From Candidatus Bathyarchaeota archaeon (lineage in GTDB: Archaea; Thermoproteota; Bathyarchaeia; Bathyarchaeales; Bathycorpusculaceae), in assembly GCA_963826715.1 (NCBI GenBank), contig CAWGYA010000008.1:704001-768000 (forward strand): a DNA stretch of 64,000 bases. The letters run 5' to 3'. This document shows, piece after piece, positions 59,517 to 64,000 of this stretch. Both the position numbers and the translations under genes were made by a program. Every line of letters begins with the position of its first letter. The first letter of the stretch is position 1. Under the pieces are notes generated by a model that was not told the DNA's origin, did not search any database, and saw only the letters and a list, made by a program, of their open reading frames with translations.

Positions 59517-59960
59517 TTATAGGAGGCGGAATTTTTCTTTTACAGTTGTAAGTACGACATGTGTGTTAGTGCGTTCTATGTAGGGCAGTGCAAGCAAGCG
59601 TTTAGTAAAAATTCCGAGGTCTTCACGGCTCTTGAATTTCGCAATTATAACGGCGTCCGTTAACCCTGTAACATCGTAAACTGCGCATACGCTGGGGAAT
59701 TTAGCGATTTCACTCTCAGTTTCAACGAGTCTGCCCTTTGAAACCGAGATTTCTGTCACCACCGTAAGCTGGAAGCCGAGTTTTTCGTGGTCAAGTATAA
59801 CTGAGTAACCCTTGATTAGACCTTCGTCTTCCATTTTTTTTATCCTCGAAAGGACAGTGCCCACAGATACACCGACATTCTTGGCGATTTGGCGACTGGA
59901 GAACCTTGCGTCCTCTAGAAGTCCTTTGAGGATTTTGACGTCTGTATCATTTAATTCCAT
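59517..59960 (-). CDS. Lrp/AsnC family transcriptional regulator
   Basis: D.KIL..L.EDAR.S..IAK.VGVS.GTV..RIKKM..EG.IKGY; YDVTGLTD. Confidence 0.92.
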   Translation of the reverse strand: MELNDTDVKILKGLLEDARFSSRQIAKNVGVSVGTVLSRIKKMEDEGLIKGYSVILDHEKLGFQLTVVTEISVSKGRLVETESEIAKFPSVCAVYDVTGLTDAVIIAKFKSREDLGIFTKRLLALPYIERTNTHVVLTTVKEKFRLL

Positions 59961-60169
59961 AACAATTCTCTCTGCACATTTTTTCAGTTAAACCTTATTT
60001 TTTGAGACGTACTTCTAGTAATCAAACAGTTAAGTTTATAAAAGTTTACTTTTTTCAGATGAGTCCTCATGAAGATTGGAACACTATATATTGTGACAAG
60101 TTTGCTTTTTACACAAAACTGACAGGAATCTTAAATTACACCATAAACCCAGATAGTTCTGAGCCTAAA

Positions 60170-61720
60170 ATGCCAACTAAATACGACACCATTCTTGTCC
60201 TGGACTTCGGTGGGCAATACTGCCACCTCATTGGAAGAAGAATTCGTGAGCATGGCGTTTACTCTGAAATCGTGCCCCATGACATCTCGCCTGAAGAAGT
60301 GGCGGCACTAAACGAGAAGTTAAACGTTAAAGGCTTAATCTTCTCCGGTGGTCCGTCAAGTGTGTATGAACCAAATGCGCCTAAACTTCATCCACGCATC
60401 TTAGACGTCAACTTGCCAATTCTTGGATTATGTTATGGTCATCAGTTACTAGCACAGATAGTCAGAGGCAAAGTGGAACCTGCCTCCTGCAAAGAATATG
60501 GTATCGCACAAGTTACAATTGACAAGCCAGTCGGTATCCTTGAGGGCTTAGGCGAGAATGAGCAGGTTTGGATGAGCCATGGTGATACTGTAATGGCTCC
60601 GCCGCCAGACTTTGAAGCCCTTGCACACACCGATAACTGTCCCGTAGCAGCCTTCCGTCACAAAACCCGCCCCATCTACGGTTTGCAGTGGCACCCTGAA
60701 GTTATCCACACTGAGCATGGTATGCGAATGTTGGAGAACTTTGTTTTCCAAGTTTGTAGAGCAGAGGCGAATTGGCAGATGGAAGACCTAATTGGAAAGA
60801 TGATCAAGGAACTCCAGACTGAAACCGACGGTGCCTGTGCCATAATAGGATTAAGCGGTGGTATAGACTCCAGTGTCGCTACTGCCATAGGGGCGAAGGC
60901 TCTGGGTGAAAAATTAACAGCGGTCTACGTTGATCATGGTTTTATGCGAGAAGGCGAAACTGAAGCCATACGGCAGGCATTTGGAAAATTTGAAATAAAC
61001 TTCATAGTTGCTGACGCACAGGAACGCTTCATGAACAGGCTTCGAGGTGTCACTGAACCTGAGACTAAACGCAAAATCATGGGTGAAGAATTCATACGTG
61101 TCTTTGAGGAAATCGCAGCCCAATCCGGTGCTGAATACCTTATTCAGGGGACCATCTACCCTGACCGAATTGAATCGGGTTTCCGAAAAAACTCAGATAA
61201 AATCAAGTCTCATCATAATGTGGCTGGGTTGCCTGAGAAAATCAAGTTCAAAAAAATCCTTGAGCCACTACGTGATCTCTACAAAGATGAAGTCCGCAAA
61301 CTCGGACGCATGCTGGATTTGCCCAAAGAAATCGTCAACCGTCAACCCTTCCCTGGACCCGGTTTAGCAGTGCGCATTATTGGTCCATTGACAGATGAGA
61401 AGGTTTGGATTGCTAAAAAATCCGATAAAATTGTTCGCGAAGAAATCGAGCATTGTGACCTCGCAGAGAATCTCTGGCAGTACTTCTCCGTAGTTACCGA
61501 TACCAAAGCTACAGGTGTGAAGGGGGATGCGAGGGCTTATGGCTACGTGGTTGCTGTGCGCGTGATGGAAAGCCGAGAAGCCATGACTGCAAGCTTTGCC
61601 AAATTGCCTTATGGACTTCTGGAGAGGATGTCCACGCGAATAACTAACGAGATTCCGCAGGTAACCCGCGTGGTGTATGATGTCACGCACAAGCCACCCG
61701 CGACAATAGAATGGGAATAA
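60170..61720 (+). CDS. guaA: GMP synthase (fused glutaminase + synthase)
   Basis: LDFGGQY, GLCYGHQ, QWHPEV, SGGIDSSV, QGTIYPD, IKSHHNV, PFPGPGLAVR, KPPATIEWE; ATG at 60170. Confidence 0.97.
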   Translation: MPTKYDTILVLDFGGQYCHLIGRRIREHGVYSEIVPHDISPEEVAALNEKLNVKGLIFSGGPSSVYEPNAPKLHPRILDVNLPILGLCYGHQLLAQIVRGKVEPASCKEYGIAQVTIDKPVGILEGLGENEQVWMSHGDTVMAPPPDFEALAHTDNCPVAAFRHKTRPIYGLQWHPEVIHTEHGMRMLENFVFQVCRAEANWQMEDLIGKMIKELQTETDGACAIIGLSGGIDSSVATAIGAKALGEKLTAVYVDHGFMREGETEAIRQAFGKFEINFIVADAQERFMNRLRGVTEPETKRKIMGEEFIRVFEEIAAQSGAEYLIQGTIYPDRIESGFRKNSDKIKSHHNVAGLPEKIKFKKILEPLRDLYKDEVRKLGRMLDLPKEIVNRQPFPGPGLAVRIIGPLTDEKVWIAKKSDKIVREEIEHCDLAENLWQYFSVVTDTKATGVKGDARAYGYVVAVRVMESREAMTASFAKLPYGLLERMSTRITNEIPQVTRVVYDVTHKPPATIEWE

Positions 61721-61950
61721 GCAATTTAACACGCTGCTGCCCAGACACAATTCCCCTCAAATTATCGATAGGTGAGCTGTTTTTGTTTTGGTGGTCCTCC
61801 TCCTTTTCAGTCTTATTTTGGGTTTGAACTTTCTGGAAACTCGAGAAATCCTTGTAATCGCCTAATCTGAAGCAAAGGATAGGGAGTAGTTACCGCTAAC
61901 TGTTTATATAAAAATGAGTTAATACTGTAATTATTACCTAAGGTGACATT

Positions 61951-63045
61951 GTGAAGGCGTTGATTTTAGCAGGTGGTTTCGCGACTCGTCTTCGACCACT
62001 AAGCTGTGTAAGACCCAAAACACTTTTTCCAATTGTTAACAAACCCCTTTTACAGTGGATTTTTGAGCGACTATCTCAGGGCGGAGTAGACCAAGCCATT
62101 TTGGCTGTTAACGCACTCACTCAGTTCTATATTCGCCAGTACAAACCTCCAAAATGTGGGTTAAAAATCCACTTCTCAATAGACCCGCCCAAGAAGCCGC
62201 TGGGAACCGCTGGTCCAATAAAGAAAGCCGAGCACCTTATTGGGCATGATGAGCCCTTCATAGTGATTAATGGAGACATATTTGCAGACATAAATTATCA
62301 GCAACTTGTTAAGTGTCACAAAAACTCAAACGCACTCGCCACTATTGCCCTTTGTACGGTGGAAGATCCTTCAGCTTTTGGTGTTGCGGAACTCTGCGAG
62401 GGTAACTGTATAAAACGCTTCATTGAAAAACCCCCTCGAGGAACAGCACCCAGCAATCGTATCAATGCAGGTGCCTATGTGCTGAGCCCTGAAGTTTTTC
62501 GGTACATTCCAGAAGGCAGATCAGTTTCGATTGAGCGGGAAGTCTTTCCCAAGTTGGCTGCAGAAGGCAAATTAGCGGGTTTTTGCATGGAAGGTTTATG
62601 GATGGATATTGGTAAACCGCAGGATTACCTTGAAGCAAACAGAACAGTCCTTGATACGATCGCAGGCACCCTGCAGAAACCCAAGGGAGACCTCTATTCT
62701 TTGAAATTTCCCGTAGCCATAGACAGAGGCGTACACGTTGGCGACAAGTCCATCATTGGACCATACGCAATTTTGGGCAAGAACGTAAAAGTTGGCAAAA
62801 ACGTACAAATCGCCAATTCTGTGGTTTTCCCAGATGTAGAAGTAGGTGAAGGCGTCACATTGAATGGCGTAATAGTCGGCGAAGGCGCAAAAATCGGTAG
62901 TCACGTTACTCTAGGCAAGGGCTGTATTGTGGGTGATCAAGCCAGAATTAAAGATACCCTACACCTTTGTGATGGCTCTGCAGTATGTCCGGCTAAAGAA
63001 ATCTCTGAAAACATTTTAAAACATAACTTAACTGTTAAACTGTAG
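61951..63045 (+). CDS. NDP-sugar pyrophosphorylase (mannose-1-phosphate guanylyltransferase-like) with hexapeptide repeats
   Basis: LAGGFATRLRPL..PK, PLGTAG, NGDI, FIEKP, INAGAY, WMDIG. Confidence 0.9.
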   Translation: MKALILAGGFATRLRPLSCVRPKTLFPIVNKPLLQWIFERLSQGGVDQAILAVNALTQFYIRQYKPPKCGLKIHFSIDPPKKPLGTAGPIKKAEHLIGHDEPFIVINGDIFADINYQQLVKCHKNSNALATIALCTVEDPSAFGVAELCEGNCIKRFIEKPPRGTAPSNRINAGAYVLSPEVFRYIPEGRSVSIEREVFPKLAAEGKLAGFCMEGLWMDIGKPQDYLEANRTVLDTIAGTLQKPKGDLYSLKFPVAIDRGVHVGDKSIIGPYAILGKNVKVGKNVQIANSVVFPDVEVGEGVTLNGVIVGEGAKIGSHVTLGKGCIVGDQARIKDTLHLCDGSAVCPAKEISENILKHNLTVKL

Positions 63046-63058
63046 AGTTGAGGTTTAC

Positions 63059-64000
63059 ATGAGTACAAGAAAGCTTTTTGGAACGAACGGAATTAGGGGA
63101 TTTGTTAATATCGAGTTGACCCCTGAAATGGCAATTAAAGTTGGAGCATCCATCGGAACATTTTTCGGCAAAGGCAAAAGGCTGCTACTGGGGTATGATG
63201 CACGAACTAGCGGTCCAATGTTCTCTAAAGCCGTCATTTCGGGTCTTATGGCGACGGGCATAGAGGTTTATTTTGCTGGTATGGCCTCTACTCCTGCCTT
63301 GCAGTTTGCAGTGAAGAACCACCAGATGGACGGGGGAGTAATCATCACAGCTTCTCATAACCCGCCAGAATATAACGGCATAAAAGTCATATGGAGCGAC
63401 GGTATCGAAACCAGCCATGAACAGGAATTAGAAATCGAAAACATATACTTTGATAACAAAATTCAGTACGTCTCTTGGGATCACTTGGGTGTCAAGCATG
63501 AGCTGCCTGAAATAAATGACGAATACAAAGAAGCCATAAAAAAACATGTTAACACTAAAAAAATCGCTTCTAAACATTACCATGTTGTTATCGACGCTGC
63601 TAATAGCGTAGGAGGAATCGCTGCCCCGATGCTTATGCGAGAGCTTGGTTGCAAAATCACAACCATAAATGCCAATATCGATGGCACTTTCCCAGGGCGC
63701 CTCCCAGAACCCCGCCCTGAAAGCCTCGGCGACTTGGCAGCAACCATAAAGGCAGTGGGCGGTGATTTAGGCGTTGCATTTGACGGAGACGCTGACCGCT
63801 CTATTTTTGTGGGCAAAGACGGCAGTATATTTTGGGGTGACAAAACCTTCGCAGTCGTAATCAAACAATACCTTCTTAAGAACCCTGGAGCAAAAATCGT
63901 TACACCCGTGAGCTCCTCAACATTAATCAAAGACACCGTGGAAGCCTATAAGGGTCAGCTTATCTGGACTAAAGTGGGCAGTGTAACAGTTTCGCAGACT
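63059..64000 (+). CDS. phosphoglucosamine/phosphomannomutase (partial, runs off window end)
   Basis: MSTRKLFGTNGIRG, ITASHNPPEYNGIK (phospho-Ser), FDGDADR. Confidence 0.92.
   Translation, partial: MSTRKLFGTNGIRGFVNIELTPEMAIKVGASIGTFFGKGKRLLLGYDARTSGPMFSKAVISGLMATGIEVYFAGMASTPALQFAVKNHQMDGGVIITASHNPPEYNGIKVIWSDGIETSHEQELEIENIYFDNKIQYVSWDHLGVKHELPEINDEYKEAIKKHVNTKKIASKHYHVVIDAANSVGGIAAPMLMRELGCKITTINANIDGTFPGRLPEPRPESLGDLAATIKAVGGDLGVAFDGDADRSIFVGKDGSIFWGDKTFAVVIKQYLLKNPGAKIVTPVSSSTLIKDTVEAYKGQLIWTKVGSVTVSQT

Noticed and set aside
1-64000. CRISPR arrays, rRNA, transposases, tandem repeat arrays, and the many short antisense ORFs
   Set aside because: No regularly spaced repeats or mobile-element genes were seen by eye; the antisense ORFs are shadows of well-supported genes

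Overview
Archaeal chromosomal window, TACK-like and most likely Bathyarchaeia (inferred from gene content and order, not from a database search). It contains four blocks. (1) 1-28.6 kb: an information-processing supercluster with rpl2 end, rps19, rpl10e, ppsA, dph2, csl4, rpoL, TFS, an archaeosortase, GINS51, priS, priL, PCNA, rpl44e-rps27e-nop10-PAC2, MCM, GINS23 and RFC. In this block the aIF2-alpha gene appears reduced to a ~126-nt internally deleted scar. (2) 29-33.6 kb: FrhB-like, MetF-like, cofE, SCP2 and a frameshifted CPA2 antiporter. (3) 34-44 kb: an unexplained amino-acid/peptide stereochemistry cluster with two paralogous ThrC-like PLP enzymes, DUF1611/DgcN-like, a MurL/QueC-like PP-loop protein, GNAT, a dipeptide epimerase, an M14 peptidase and two deoxyhypusine-synthase paralogues. 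(4) 44-64 kb: argS, HDAC, tRNA-Leu(GAG), a bacterial-type Met/Cys biosynthesis module with two divergent regulators and a repeated ATAAC-N3-GTTAT palindrome, a large surface beta-propeller protein, Lrp, guaA and sugar-nucleotide genes. No CRISPR array, rRNA, intein or recognisable transposase/integrase was seen. All family assignments come from motifs read by eye.
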